Counted from the stretch's first letter, positions 1-8,798 are shown. The stretch: 44,320 nt of DNA from a virus (IMGVR_UViG_3300033067_000194:1-44320), one strand, 5' to 3'. Translations and numbers: made by a program. The notes: generated by a model from the sequence alone, not told the origin.

Positions 1-358
1 TAGCCATGTTAAGTTTCAACAACTTATCTTCGCTAGTATCAACACCTAGTGCATGTAACCATGCTTCGTCAAGTGCGTTTTCGCTGTCAACTAAGACAAC
101 ATAGATACCTTGTTCTTGTGCAGCCTTAATAAGGTTACCGGAACAGATATAACTCTTGCCTGCGCCTGACTCGCCTGCAAGTACAGTAACTTTACCCAAA
201 GGAACACCTTTGTTAAAGTCGCTGCTGATTAGATAGTTTAAGGCATAATTGCCTGTGCTGATCCAGTCTGTTGGATCATTAAAACCGACACCAAGTCCAT
301 CAATACTTTTTGTCAGAGTCTTTCTGAATTTTGAAAGGTCAAATGCTTTCGTAGCCAT
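1..358 (-). CDS. uvsX: RecA-like recombinase UvsX, 5' part (runs off window start)
   Basis: Manual translation from ATG at 358: MATKAFDLSKFRKTLTKSIDG...DWISTGNYALNYLISSDFNKGVPLGKVTVLAGESGAGKSYIC...VLVDSENALD. Walker A GESGAGKS; SD AAGGAG upstream; directly downstream of gp32. Missing from the ORF track because it is truncated. Confidence 0.93.
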   Translation of the reverse strand, partial: MATKAFDLSKFRKTLTKSIDGLGVGFNDPTDWISTGNYALNYLISSDFNKGVPLGKVTVLAGESGAGKSYICSGNLIKAAQEQGIYVVLVDSENALDEAWLHALGVDTSEDKLLKLNMA

Positions 359-385
359 GCGTTCTCCTTGTGCTTATAGTTAGTG

Positions 386-405
386 AAGGGGACCGAAGTC
401 CCCTT
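386..405 (-). other. C(UUCG)G tetraloop hairpin between gp32 and uvsX (weak terminator or RNA stabiliser)
   Basis: Minus strand AAGGGGAC-TTCG-GTCCCCTT, 8-bp stem, no long U tract. Confidence 0.7.
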
Positions 406-414
406 GAGTCTTGA

Positions 415-1401
415 TTAAGACTTTTGACGGTTACGGATCATCGCAAGGATGTCTTCCGCACGTCCACTACCACCTGCTGCTGGAGCAGATGCTGTTGCCG
501 CTGGGCGGCTTACTGGAGCACTTTGAACAGGCACTTCATCTGGATCCACGTTGTCGTCTGCTGGTGCAGCCGCTGGACGAGATGTTGCCTTGTTTGGATC
601 ACCAGTTACTTGGCCCATACCTGCTGGACGGAAGTACTGACCCCATGCTTCTTTGTCAAACGGCTCACCGTTGACACTTGCTTCAAACATCTCTTTGATA
701 ACGCGAAGTTCAACGTCACCTGGCTTCTTAGGCAAGAAGTCTTGCAAGTTAAACAAACCGTGTTGCTTGACAGCATCAAGTTCTGCATCAGTCAATGGAC
801 GCTCACGACGGCTCCACTTTGAAGTAGAATAGTCTGCGTAACCACCTTTGCTGGTTTTAACCAACTTAAAGTCAACGCCACGGGCGAAGTCAGTTGGCAG
901 TTCTTCCAACTCAGGGTCAACAAGTGCTGACTTGATCAGTTGGAAAATTTGTGGGCCGATAATGAATCGACGGATTGGATTTTCTGGATGTCCATCTTCC
1001 TTGAGGCCGTCTTCTACAACGAAACCTTGGAAAATGTAACTACGCTTCTTCCAGTATTTGCGACCTTGTTCTTCCAGGCTCTTGTCCTTGAACCAACCGC
1101 GAACTTCGGAAAGGATTGGGCAAGTTTCACCATACATTTCCATACATGGGACTTGTACTTGAACTTGTTTGTTGTCAGTTTCGCCTTTGACACCTGCGAA
1201 TGGCAGTTTGATCATAAGACGCTCTGCCCAGAAGAAAGTGTTGTTTGAGTCACCATCTGGGAGGAAACGGACTGTAGATTCTTTACCTTGCTCTAGGTTC
1301 CAGAACGGATAGATTGCGTTGTCACCAACGGGGCGATTCTCGCCGCTTGAACGTGTTTCTTGTGCCTGAAGTTTTGCACGGATTTCTGCTAATGTGGCCA
1401 T
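415..1401 (-). CDS. gp32: single-stranded DNA-binding protein, T4 gp32-like
   Basis: VRFLPD, CxxxxxxxCP, KYWKKRSY, RGVDFKLVKTSKGGYADYSTSKW motifs typical of the gp32 family; SD AGGAG; adjacent to uvsX. Confidence 0.9.
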   Translation of the reverse strand: MATLAEIRAKLQAQETRSSGENRPVGDNAIYPFWNLEQGKESTVRFLPDGDSNNTFFWAERLMIKLPFAGVKGETDNKQVQVQVPCMEMYGETCPILSEVRGWFKDKSLEEQGRKYWKKRSYIFQGFVVEDGLKEDGHPENPIRRFIIGPQIFQLIKSALVDPELEELPTDFARGVDFKLVKTSKGGYADYSTSKWSRRERPLTDAELDAVKQHGLFNLQDFLPKKPGDVELRVIKEMFEASVNGEPFDKEAWGQYFRPAGMGQVTGDPNKATSRPAAAPADDNVDPDEVPVQSAPVSRPAATASAPAAGGSGRAEDILAMIRNRQKS

Positions 1402-1463
1402 AATTTTTCTCCTATTGTAAGCCTATAATGTTTTGCCTTAGTTGCTGAAGACCTTCTTCAACA

Positions 1464-1495
1464 AAAAACGCATACATGTTATTGTATGCGTTTTT
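1464..1495. terminator. 13-bp inverted repeat with T tracts on both strands; possible bidirectional terminator/attenuator
   Basis: aaaaacgcataca-tgttat-tgtatgcgttttt. Confidence 0.6.
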
Positions 1496-1502
1496 ATTTA
1501 TA
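1495..1502 (-). promoter_or_regulatory. T4-type late promoter TATAAATA upstream of gp32
   Basis: Exact match to the T4 gp55 late consensus on the minus strand. Confidence 0.65.
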
Positions 1503-1545
1503 CAAGCAAGAAAATATCTTGCCTAAATGTGGTCAGTTTTACCGT

Positions 1546-3159
1546 TTACATTCCTGCCAATGCACGAATACGAACTAGTTCATTCATTCCTTCGTCTTCG
1601 TCCTTTTCAGCAGTCTTATCTAGTTGATCTGCATAATGAGCAATGGCTGGGCTCTTACCGGCCATGTAAGCATCTACTGCTGGACCTTCTTTCATTTCGT
1701 CATCATCTTTAGAAATGTCTCCAGCACCAGCGCCTGCGCCGTCGCTGCCGAACTGTTCTGGATCAAATGGTTTCGAAGATAATTTTTCAACTACATAGTT
1801 AGCAAAATGACCTGCTTGTTCGCCAAACTTCTTCTCTACAGCAATCTTAACACCTTCCTCGCCACGTGGGAAAGTTCCAGATTCTCTGTCGTACATACTA
1901 GCAATAAACTCAACTACTTCCCTGCTTATAGCCTCTTTCTTTGGCTCGTCTTTGCCCATTGCTTGCTTGATTGCGGCGTCTTTATTTTGCATGTATTCTT
2001 GATCATCTGGCTCATCTTTGCCGTCATGATCCATATCGCCTTTGTCGCTTTCGAACTCTAAAGTGGCCAATTCGTCTACTTGTTGTTCAAACTCGCTGAA
2101 CATATCTGTAGTTTCTTCAACATCCTCGTCGCATTCACAAGGGTCCTTGTGGCAACTTGTGCATGTTGCTTCTGCTACTAGATCATCATAGGTTAGACCT
2201 TGATCTTGTTTTTCTTTTACTAAACGATACAAGTATGGGAATACACTTGTTAGTTCTTCATTGAAAGTTTTGATAGTTAGTGCATCTACCCAATTAGACA
2301 TTACATCTTCTGGTACTTCTACAGTTTCGCTTGGCTGGAAACTTTCTACAAAAGATTCATAATATTGTTGACGTTGTAAGGCAGCAATCTCTACTTTAAT
2401 TTGATCAATGCGTTCCATTACTTGGCTAGTAACATCACCTAATGCTTCAGCCATTACGCCACTACGTTGTGTATAATTTTTAAATTGGCGTAATTTTCCA
2501 ATCTCTTCGCTTAGACCACTAATGTATTGCCCAACGGTATCGTAAGCAGTGCCGCCATTAGCAACGTGACGTGCCATTGCTCTAGCACCGTTCAAATGAC
2601 GATGTGGATAGCGGAAACGTTCACCATTAGCACTTTCAATATAGATGCTTTCGATGCGCTGTGTTCTTCCCGCAGGGTTTTCCATATTTACAGGTGCGCT
2701 GTGCTTGACAATAATCTTTGCCTCGCCCATGTCTTGGAAACTAGTTTTGCTAGTACCAAATAGTTTTGATTCACTCATTTTTTGTTCTCCGCTTTCTTTG
2801 CTTAGATATTGGTAGTCTCGTTTATCTAGGTTTGATTTTGTAATGTCTCTTGTGTCAAATGTTAGCAAGTTCGATCTTGCAAAACGACGTAGATCTTTTA
2901 GAAAATCAAACCAGTCACTTTTAGCATCGCCTGCACCGTCTAACATATCTGTGTTATAGATAACTGTTAAGGACTTATCGTCAATTTTGATGTTAATTCT
3001 GCCCAGGTCGCGTCCGCCTGCTTTATAGTTAACATCAAAAAATCTAGCCTGACTTTCGTCATTGGTTAGGGCACCGCTTTCGTCGCCGATTTTAATGTCG
3101 GTAAAACGACTGCGGATTTTGTTGAATAAATCACTGCTAATTGTGCTCAAGTCTTTCAT
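1546..3159 (-). CDS. hypothetical protein, 537 aa (acidic C-terminal half, CxxCxxxPCxC motif); probable virion/head protein
   Basis: Long ORF with phage-like codon use; late motif 5 nt upstream; no catalytic motif recognised. Confidence 0.8.
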   Translation of the reverse strand: MKDLSTISSDLFNKIRSRFTDIKIGDESGALTNDESQARFFDVNYKAGGRDLGRINIKIDDKSLTVIYNTDMLDGAGDAKSDWFDFLKDLRRFARSNLLTFDTRDITKSNLDKRDYQYLSKESGEQKMSESKLFGTSKTSFQDMGEAKIIVKHSAPVNMENPAGRTQRIESIYIESANGERFRYPHRHLNGARAMARHVANGGTAYDTVGQYISGLSEEIGKLRQFKNYTQRSGVMAEALGDVTSQVMERIDQIKVEIAALQRQQYYESFVESFQPSETVEVPEDVMSNWVDALTIKTFNEELTSVFPYLYRLVKEKQDQGLTYDDLVAEATCTSCHKDPCECDEDVEETTDMFSEFEQQVDELATLEFESDKGDMDHDGKDEPDDQEYMQNKDAAIKQAMGKDEPKKEAISREVVEFIASMYDRESGTFPRGEEGVKIAVEKKFGEQAGHFANYVVEKLSSKPFDPEQFGSDGAGAGAGDISKDDDEMKEGPAVDAYMAGKSPAIAHYADQLDKTAEKDEDEGMNELVRIRALAGM

Positions 3160-3164
3160 GTTTA

Positions 3165-3170
3165 TATTTA
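3165..3170 (-). promoter_or_regulatory. late promoter motif TAAATA, 5 nt before ATG (leaderless)
   Basis: TAAATA-TAAAC-ATG; no SD. Confidence 0.65.
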
Positions 3171-3171
3171 G

Positions 3172-4773
3172 TTAAAAACTGCTGGAAATAAAGATCGGCA
3201 TGGGCGGTTCAAAATCTTCTTCCTCTTCGTTACCACGTCCTGTCATTAGATCAAATACACGCTGATCCCAATCTGCAAGTACCGCGCTCATACGTACAGC
3301 CAGCAATAATGCTGATACTAAGTCGTCTGTTTCACCGGTTTTTGCTTTAAATGTAATGCCCTGTGCAATAAAGGCTTTTAGTTCCGAAATAACTGCTTTA
3401 GACTTAATTTTCATTTTACCACTTTCAATCAAGTGTTTAAGTCTACTACAAGCAGAAATCTTAGTTCTATGTGTAGTGTTAAATCCTTTGCGGAATTTAC
3501 GAACATGCCCTTTACGGATAGGTTCGGCAACGAACATTCCGGGTATGTTTTCTTCGCCCATGTTTTTAATAACAATTAGAGCACTTTCTCCGAGCGTGTT
3601 GTTTTCTACGCTCCAATAAATGTTACTACCGTTCATTGCAGGGCAACAATCAGCAATGTACTTACAAATGTCTTTAAGTATCTTAAATTGCCCTTCTACA
3701 GCAGTTTTATTGTGCTGCCATTCTGCAACTTGCTCTAAAGTAGGCAATTCGAAAACTTGAATAGCCGCATTATTGCCGCCTGTTCCTAGTGCAGGGTCTA
3801 GAGCAACAACATATATCATGTCATCCTTGGGCTTCTTATACCAACGGCATTGCCCCATTTTCATTATTGGGTCAACGCCTTCCATGCCTGCTAGTGTAAT
3901 ACTGTTAATTAATGTTTCATCAAAAATCAAGAATTCGCAGCCGTACTCACGTCTAAAACGTTCTTCACCGATACGGCCAATTTCTTGCACTTTCCAGTTA
4001 TCATCCCTATCTGGATGTTCCCACCATTCTGCTTTGTATGAGTGGAATCCGTTTTGACCTGTGCCGTCGGTTTTTTCATTACCGAACTCATCAAACTTTC
4101 TGCAAGCATCTTTCCAAATAATAGCAAACGTATCTTCGTCACTGTTTGGTGTTGATGTAATAATTGCACGACCACCAGTTGCTAGAGTAGGGGATATAGA
4201 AGTCCAAAACTCATCAGCGATATTTGGTTGCACGAAGGCGAACTCGTCACAGTATAGTAATGATATAGACATACCACGACCAGTGTTACCAGTAGTAGTA
4301 GCAGATACAATTCTTGAACCATTATCAAACTCAATACTTCCCTTGTTATAGTTTGTTACACCGCAACGAATATAATCAGGACACAGTTCATATGCGTAAC
4401 GAATACGTTGCATAATTTCTTGTGCGCCTGTGTACTTGTGTGCGGCAACTAGAATTGTTTGATCTGGGTTAAACATAGCATACCACAGCAAGTAACCTGC
4501 GGCACAAGTAGTCTTACCACTTTGACGTGGCATCATGTTAATGTTAAAGCGATAGTTATGGTAACTATCCATTAGCCTTAACTGATATTCAAAAGGCTCA
4601 AACTTAACCTTACCCTTTACTGGGTGTTGGATATAGAAAAAGTTCTTTGCAAAGTACAAGTATCCTAGTTCTGGATCTGCACAGGTAGCAAGGTCCTGAA
4701 TCTGTTGTTCAGTAAACTTTTCTTGTTTATGGGCTTTCTTAATGAGAACGCCGTCTAATGTTTTTCCTGCCAT
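3172..4773 (-). CDS. gp17: terminase large subunit, T4 gp17-like
   Basis: Adenine-binding YQ, Walker A PRQSGKT, Walker B LLYCDEFAF, coupling motif ITSTPN, RNase H-like nuclease VVALDP...DDLV. Confidence 0.96.
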   Translation of the reverse strand: MAGKTLDGVLIKKAHKQEKFTEQQIQDLATCADPELGYLYFAKNFFYIQHPVKGKVKFEPFEYQLRLMDSYHNYRFNINMMPRQSGKTTCAAGYLLWYAMFNPDQTILVAAHKYTGAQEIMQRIRYAYELCPDYIRCGVTNYNKGSIEFDNGSRIVSATTTGNTGRGMSISLLYCDEFAFVQPNIADEFWTSISPTLATGGRAIITSTPNSDEDTFAIIWKDACRKFDEFGNEKTDGTGQNGFHSYKAEWWEHPDRDDNWKVQEIGRIGEERFRREYGCEFLIFDETLINSITLAGMEGVDPIMKMGQCRWYKKPKDDMIYVVALDPALGTGGNNAAIQVFELPTLEQVAEWQHNKTAVEGQFKILKDICKYIADCCPAMNGSNIYWSVENNTLGESALIVIKNMGEENIPGMFVAEPIRKGHVRKFRKGFNTTHRTKISACSRLKHLIESGKMKIKSKAVISELKAFIAQGITFKAKTGETDDLVSALLLAVRMSAVLADWDQRVFDLMTGRGNEEEEDFEPPMPIFISSSF

Positions 4774-4778
4774 AAAAT

Positions 4779-4784
4779 TATTTA
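4779..4784 (-). promoter_or_regulatory. late promoter motif (CGG)TAAATA, 5 nt before terminase ATG
   Basis: CGGTAAATA-ATTTT-ATG; no SD. Confidence 0.65.
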
Positions 4785-4787
4785 CCG

Positions 4788-4815
4788 AAAAAAATAGGCT
4801 CCGAAGAGCCTATTT
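4788..4815 (-). terminator. intrinsic terminator with UUCG tetraloop
   Basis: Minus: AAATAGGCTC-TTCG-GAGCCTATTTTTTT. Confidence 0.88.
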
Positions 4816-4850
4816 GGCACAATTTAAACAGTGTGCTAACTGCCGACGAA

Positions 4851-5447
4851 TTAACGTGTTTCTTTAATCTCTTTATACAATGAAGATAAACTAGACTTAA
4901 TACTTTCCATACGTTGCATTGGATTGTCTCCGCCGGCAACTTTTGGATATGTACCTTTTTGCTTGTGTAGGTCGTCGCCGCTAGGAACAGCATCGCCCAC
5001 ATCACCGTATTGTTCATCTGGTGCATTTGCTAATTCGTCTGTTAGTCCGCGAACTTCATCGGCAACGTCTTGCATTTCTTTCTTGCCTGCTGGCTTTTCG
5101 TCACCTGCTTCTGGCTCGGATGCGATCTTAATTAGATCTTTCATGTCCGGCTCTTTAGGACCTTCTTCTGGCTTGTTCATACCGATTGGCATAGACATTG
5201 GCATTGGAGTTGGTTCAGGCATTGGCATTGGTGCAGGACCTTGTCCTACAAGTCCCGGAGCAAGTGCGCCTTCTGCTTTATTCATTAAGTTCAACAAATC
5301 TTTAATTTGATCAATACCTTGAGCATTAAGATTTACTGACATAGAAACTGGTGGTGTGCTAGGAATATTTTGATCTGGCATCATTCCACCGCATTCATTA
5401 ATTTGTTTGCTTTCTGACAAAATTGTCAGCATCTTTTTCATATCCAT
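4851..5447 (-). CDS. hypothetical Pro/Met-rich acidic protein; candidate internal head protein
   Basis: 198 aa, SD AAGGA, PMPMPEPTPMPMSMP tract, N-terminal LSE/INE motifs. Confidence 0.75.
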   Translation of the reverse strand: MDMKKMLTILSESKQINECGGMMPDQNIPSTPPVSMSVNLNAQGIDQIKDLLNLMNKAEGALAPGLVGQGPAPMPMPEPTPMPMSMPIGMNKPEEGPKEPDMKDLIKIASEPEAGDEKPAGKKEMQDVADEVRGLTDELANAPDEQYGDVGDAVPSGDDLHKQKGTYPKVAGGDNPMQRMESIKSSLSSLYKEIKETR

Positions 5448-5451
5448 ATTT

Positions 5452-6048
5452 TTATCCTTTACGGGCTTTAGAGCCTATTGGACTAATGCTAGTCCCTTCT
5501 GGCATTTCAGTTGGCTTATCGGCAGGCACATCCTTTGCCAGGATAGCGTCATTGACGCCTTTGTATTGCTCGCCCATGTGCTTGTCTTTGATAAGATCCT
5601 TTAGCATAGACATTTTGTGCTTCTCGCCAACGATATCTTGATGATCTGCTGGTGCTGGATCACATTGTCCAATTAACGGTTTCTTATCTGCTTCTTTAAA
5701 GTTTTCTGCTTCTTGATGATTAATAGCGGCTTCGTTAACGCCTCTAACAATAATGTGTGTCTTTGCGCAACCACACATATCGCTGATATATTGCTCAAGT
5801 ACAGGTGGAATTGTTGGGTAATGAACTTCTAGATCAAAGACTGTAACAGATTCGTTTTTTAATTGTGGAAAATCTGCTTGACTTTCTTGTACAGGACTAG
5901 ACTTGCCTTTACTTAGATTAGCAATAGAAAATTTACCAACTGCCGCACGTAGATCGTCAGCAAAGCCTTCTGGCAGTTTGCCTGCTACTTTAATTTTAAA
6001 AGCATAGACTTTTTTGCTTTCTGTTAGATAGTCTTTAAATGATTTCAT
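5452..6048 (-). CDS. hypothetical protein with T4 capsid-targeting-like N-terminus (MKSFKDYLTE)
   Basis: 198 aa ORF; TAAATA at 6067-6072 and GGA SD upstream. Confidence 0.78.
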   Translation of the reverse strand: MKSFKDYLTESKKVYAFKIKVAGKLPEGFADDLRAAVGKFSIANLSKGKSSPVQESQADFPQLKNESVTVFDLEVHYPTIPPVLEQYISDMCGCAKTHIIVRGVNEAAINHQEAENFKEADKKPLIGQCDPAPADHQDIVGEKHKMSMLKDLIKDKHMGEQYKGVNDAILAKDVPADKPTEMPEGTSISPIGSKARKG

Positions 6049-6069
6049 AGTTTAATTCCGATAATGTAT

Positions 6070-6570
6070 TTATTTCATATTGCGCAGTTTTTCCAAGAGG
6101 CTGTTGCGGTCAGTAATTAGTACACCTTCGCCTGCAATAGTGCCTGCACCATCTGGGTCTTTTACTTGCGCATCTTGGTCTAATTTCGCCTTTTTTAACT
6201 GCAATTCGATCATTTTTAACTTTTTATCAATCTTTGCAGATTTAGCATCTATGGCATTTTTTAGCATAGTACTTGCTACTTCAAATACTCTGCTAGAATA
6301 TCTAGGCTCTACATTCATGCCCAAGTCCATTAAATCGTCATAGGCATCTGTAGCACGTTGGGCTAGTGCATCTAATTCTGTGTCAGATACATCTCCTAGT
6401 CCTTTTACTTGAGGAAGCGCGGCAGCAATTTTATCAATGTCGCCTAAATCTCTAAACAAGTTATCTGCTGGAGCAGTGGCCTTGGGATCTTACTGTTTCT
6501 TTTTAGTTTCTGATTTTACTATTGCTTGCGTTTCAGGCAAGTTTAGTAATTCTTCAAGTTTCTTAGTCAT
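6070..6570 (-). CDS. putative terminase small subunit (gp16-like) interrupted by an in-frame TAA at 6490-6492
   Basis: ATG at 6570 (MTKKLEELLNLPETQAIVKSETKKKQ*DPKATAPADNLFRDLG...) is in frame with the 129-aa track ORF, giving 166 codons. C-terminal helices (PRYSSRVFEVASTMLKNA...VLITDRNSLLEKL) resemble T4-like gp16. TAAGTA motif 5 nt upstream. Confidence 0.55.
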
Positions 6571-6578
6571 AACTTTAC

Positions 6579-7013
6579 TTATCGCTTTCCGTTATGGAAA
6601 ATGTCATTTTCAGAAATGACTCTGAATGTTATTCCGTTCTGTTTGCACCATGCTCTTGCGGCTTCCCACTTTGCCATGTTTTTAACATACGCGGCTTGGT
6701 TCATAGCATTGCGGCCTACTTTTTCTCTAATTGCTTGGCTTGCAGGTTTTACTTCCCAAACTTCTGCGTGTTGCTTGCCATTTTTATCTACATAATTTAC
6801 AAAGAAATCCGGAACATAGATTGTTTGTTTACCAGTCAGTGGACAGCGATAAGGTATTTTTACTGCTTCGCTGGCCCATTTAGCAATAGCCGGATTGTTA
6901 TCGCACATATTCATAACAGCCCATTCCCAACTGCTACGATATGTAGGCGTGCGTTTGCCTATATATTTGTCAGGATTTTTTAAATTAAATTTACCCTGTG
7001 CAAACTTTGTCAT
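6579..7013 (-). CDS. gp4: head completion nuclease, T4 gp4-like (TnsA/PD-(D/E)xK fold)
   Basis: NPDKYIG, YRSSWE, IPY, YVPDF, EVKP, KWEAA..WC...F.VISE motifs. Confidence 0.88.
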   Translation of the reverse strand: MTKFAQGKFNLKNPDKYIGKRTPTYRSSWEWAVMNMCDNNPAIAKWASEAVKIPYRCPLTGKQTIYVPDFFVNYVDKNGKQHAEVWEVKPASQAIREKVGRNAMNQAAYVKNMAKWEAARAWCKQNGITFRVISENDIFHNGKR

Positions 7014-7381
7014 ATTAATACGTTGCGTTTTTCTAGCAATTCGCTAGTATCAGTTTGACGATAGCCCAGTGTTGAATTCTTTTGTCTGTTGTAGTTTAAA
7101 ACTTCTGCTACAACACTACTAAGTTGAATTTCAGTCAGACCTTTAAGTGTATCGATTAATTTAAAAACATCAACGTTATCAATTTTTGCTTGTTGTAATA
7201 GAACAATGGCTGTTGAATTACTTGCAACATCGTCAAAGCCTCTCTTTTTAAAGAAGCCTACAACTGCATCAATTTCGCCTGCTGGGAAAGTGATAGGTGC
7301 ATTAAAGTAGTTATTAAAGAATAATCTAACACCTTGACTGCTGTCAACATTTTGATCTACTGGTAGGTTACTGTTTGCCAT
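7010..7381 (-). CDS. hypothetical protein, 123 aa
   Basis: Tightly coupled to both neighbours (ATGA overlap with gp4). Confidence 0.75.
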   Translation of the reverse strand: MANSNLPVDQNVDSSQGVRLFFNNYFNAPITFPAGEIDAVVGFFKKRGFDDVASNSTAIVLLQQAKIDNVDVFKLIDTLKGLTEIQLSSVVAEVLNYNRQKNSTLGYRQTDTSELLEKRNVLI

Positions 7382-7382
7382 A

Positions 7383-8798
7383 TTAACTCTTTATCTCTGA
7401 AACGACTTTTTGTGCTAGTGCGTTTAATTTAGGATTTCTACCGCTGGCTATTAAACTCTGAACTTGACTTTGCGCATTAGTTCCAGCGGCAACAACACCG
7501 GCAGTAGTAGCCAATGTTACTAGACTATTTAAAGCACCTGGGGTATTGTTTACAAGATTTTGCTGACTTGCTGTTAATGATTGTGGACCAACAGTTTCTC
7601 TTGGTGCAAGAGCATTAGTTGTTTGTGTTTGTCCGCGGCCGCCGCTCTTAGGAAATGCTGTGTTAGCAACACCACTTAAATTAAGTCCTGTTGCGGCACC
7701 TAGGGCACCGGTTAAAATACCAAACCCTTCTTGTCTAACACCTTCTTTAGTTAATTTCTTAGAGTTATTAACAACGTTTGCACCTTTAACTAATGTTCCA
7801 AACAATGCAAATGGGTTTTTATAAGTTTCTGGATTACTTAGATCACCTAATATGTCTGATATACCGCCAATTACACCACCTTGGCCAAACAGACTTGCTG
7901 TACCACCACCTAATATACTCAATGGACTAGGTTGTTGATCGTAATATTCTGTACCAAAGCCTGTTGGAATACCTTGCTTAACTGCACCTACGCCATAGAT
8001 AACTGCTTCGTAGGTTAATGTCATTTGGTTTTGTGTCGTTGCGGCGCCTTCAGCATATTGTAAGTTATCGTGCTGAAAACTTGTTATCTTAGGATTAATT
8101 AGAGTAAAACATTGATATGTTCTACGACTTAATTGAAAAATTTGTATGCTAGTAAAGAAAGGGACACTGCTTCCGTTGTCTAAACCATAGCGAAATTTAT
8201 TTTCTCTAATAAATGCATTGCTTTGATAGGCTGCTGGCGCACCAGGATCACTAGACCCTGTTCTGTTTGCAGGTTTACCTAAAAAGTTTTTAAGTAAATT
8301 AAGTCCAGTACCTAAAACACCGCCTAGAGCAAGACCACCTATGTTACTGCTGCCAACGTTTGGAATAGATCCAGCACTAGGACCATGACTAGAATCTGCA
8401 AAATAGTATCCATAATAACTAGACCATAAGTTAGTTGTAACACCTAGATTGTCGTCATAGAATGTGAGATTTACTGGCTCATATTCAATCTTTGTGTGTA
8501 CTTGTTTCTTACGATTATATTGGTGTACTAAATCTGTTTCAACTTTAAATTTAGGTAAATCGACACTCTTAACTAACATGTTCAATGCTGTGCTGTTATT
8601 AGCAATAAACGGTGCTTTACCCTTAACTGCTGGGTTGATATTGAAAACTACATGATAAAGGAACTTTTGTTTAGGAGCAAGACGATAGTTGCTCTGTACA
8701 AAAAGTTTGTTAGCATGTTGAAAATCGCCAAGGTTACCCTTGGGTCTTGTTACACCCTGCCCAACGTTGCTAAGAAAGTTTTTAAAGAATTTGGCCAT
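7383..8798 (-). CDS. tail-tube-fold baseplate protein (gp54/gp48-like tube initiator)
   Basis: VKSVDLPKF...YNRKKQVHTKIEYEPVNLTFYDD and 'I.IFQL...L.NP.ITS' echo the gp19 fold; located directly after the tube gene. Confidence 0.6.
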   Translation of the reverse strand: MAKFFKNFLSNVGQGVTRPKGNLGDFQHANKLFVQSNYRLAPKQKFLYHVVFNINPAVKGKAPFIANNSTALNMLVKSVDLPKFKVETDLVHQYNRKKQVHTKIEYEPVNLTFYDDNLGVTTNLWSSYYGYYFADSSHGPSAGSIPNVGSSNIGGLALGGVLGTGLNLLKNFLGKPANRTGSSDPGAPAAYQSNAFIRENKFRYGLDNGSSVPFFTSIQIFQLSRRTYQCFTLINPKITSFQHDNLQYAEGAATTQNQMTLTYEAVIYGVGAVKQGIPTGFGTEYYDQQPSPLSILGGGTASLFGQGGVIGGISDILGDLSNPETYKNPFALFGTLVKGANVVNNSKKLTKEGVRQEGFGILTGALGAATGLNLSGVANTAFPKSGGRGQTQTTNALAPRETVGPQSLTASQQNLVNNTPGALNSLVTLATTAGVVAAGTNAQSQVQSLIASGRNPKLNALAQKVVSEIKS

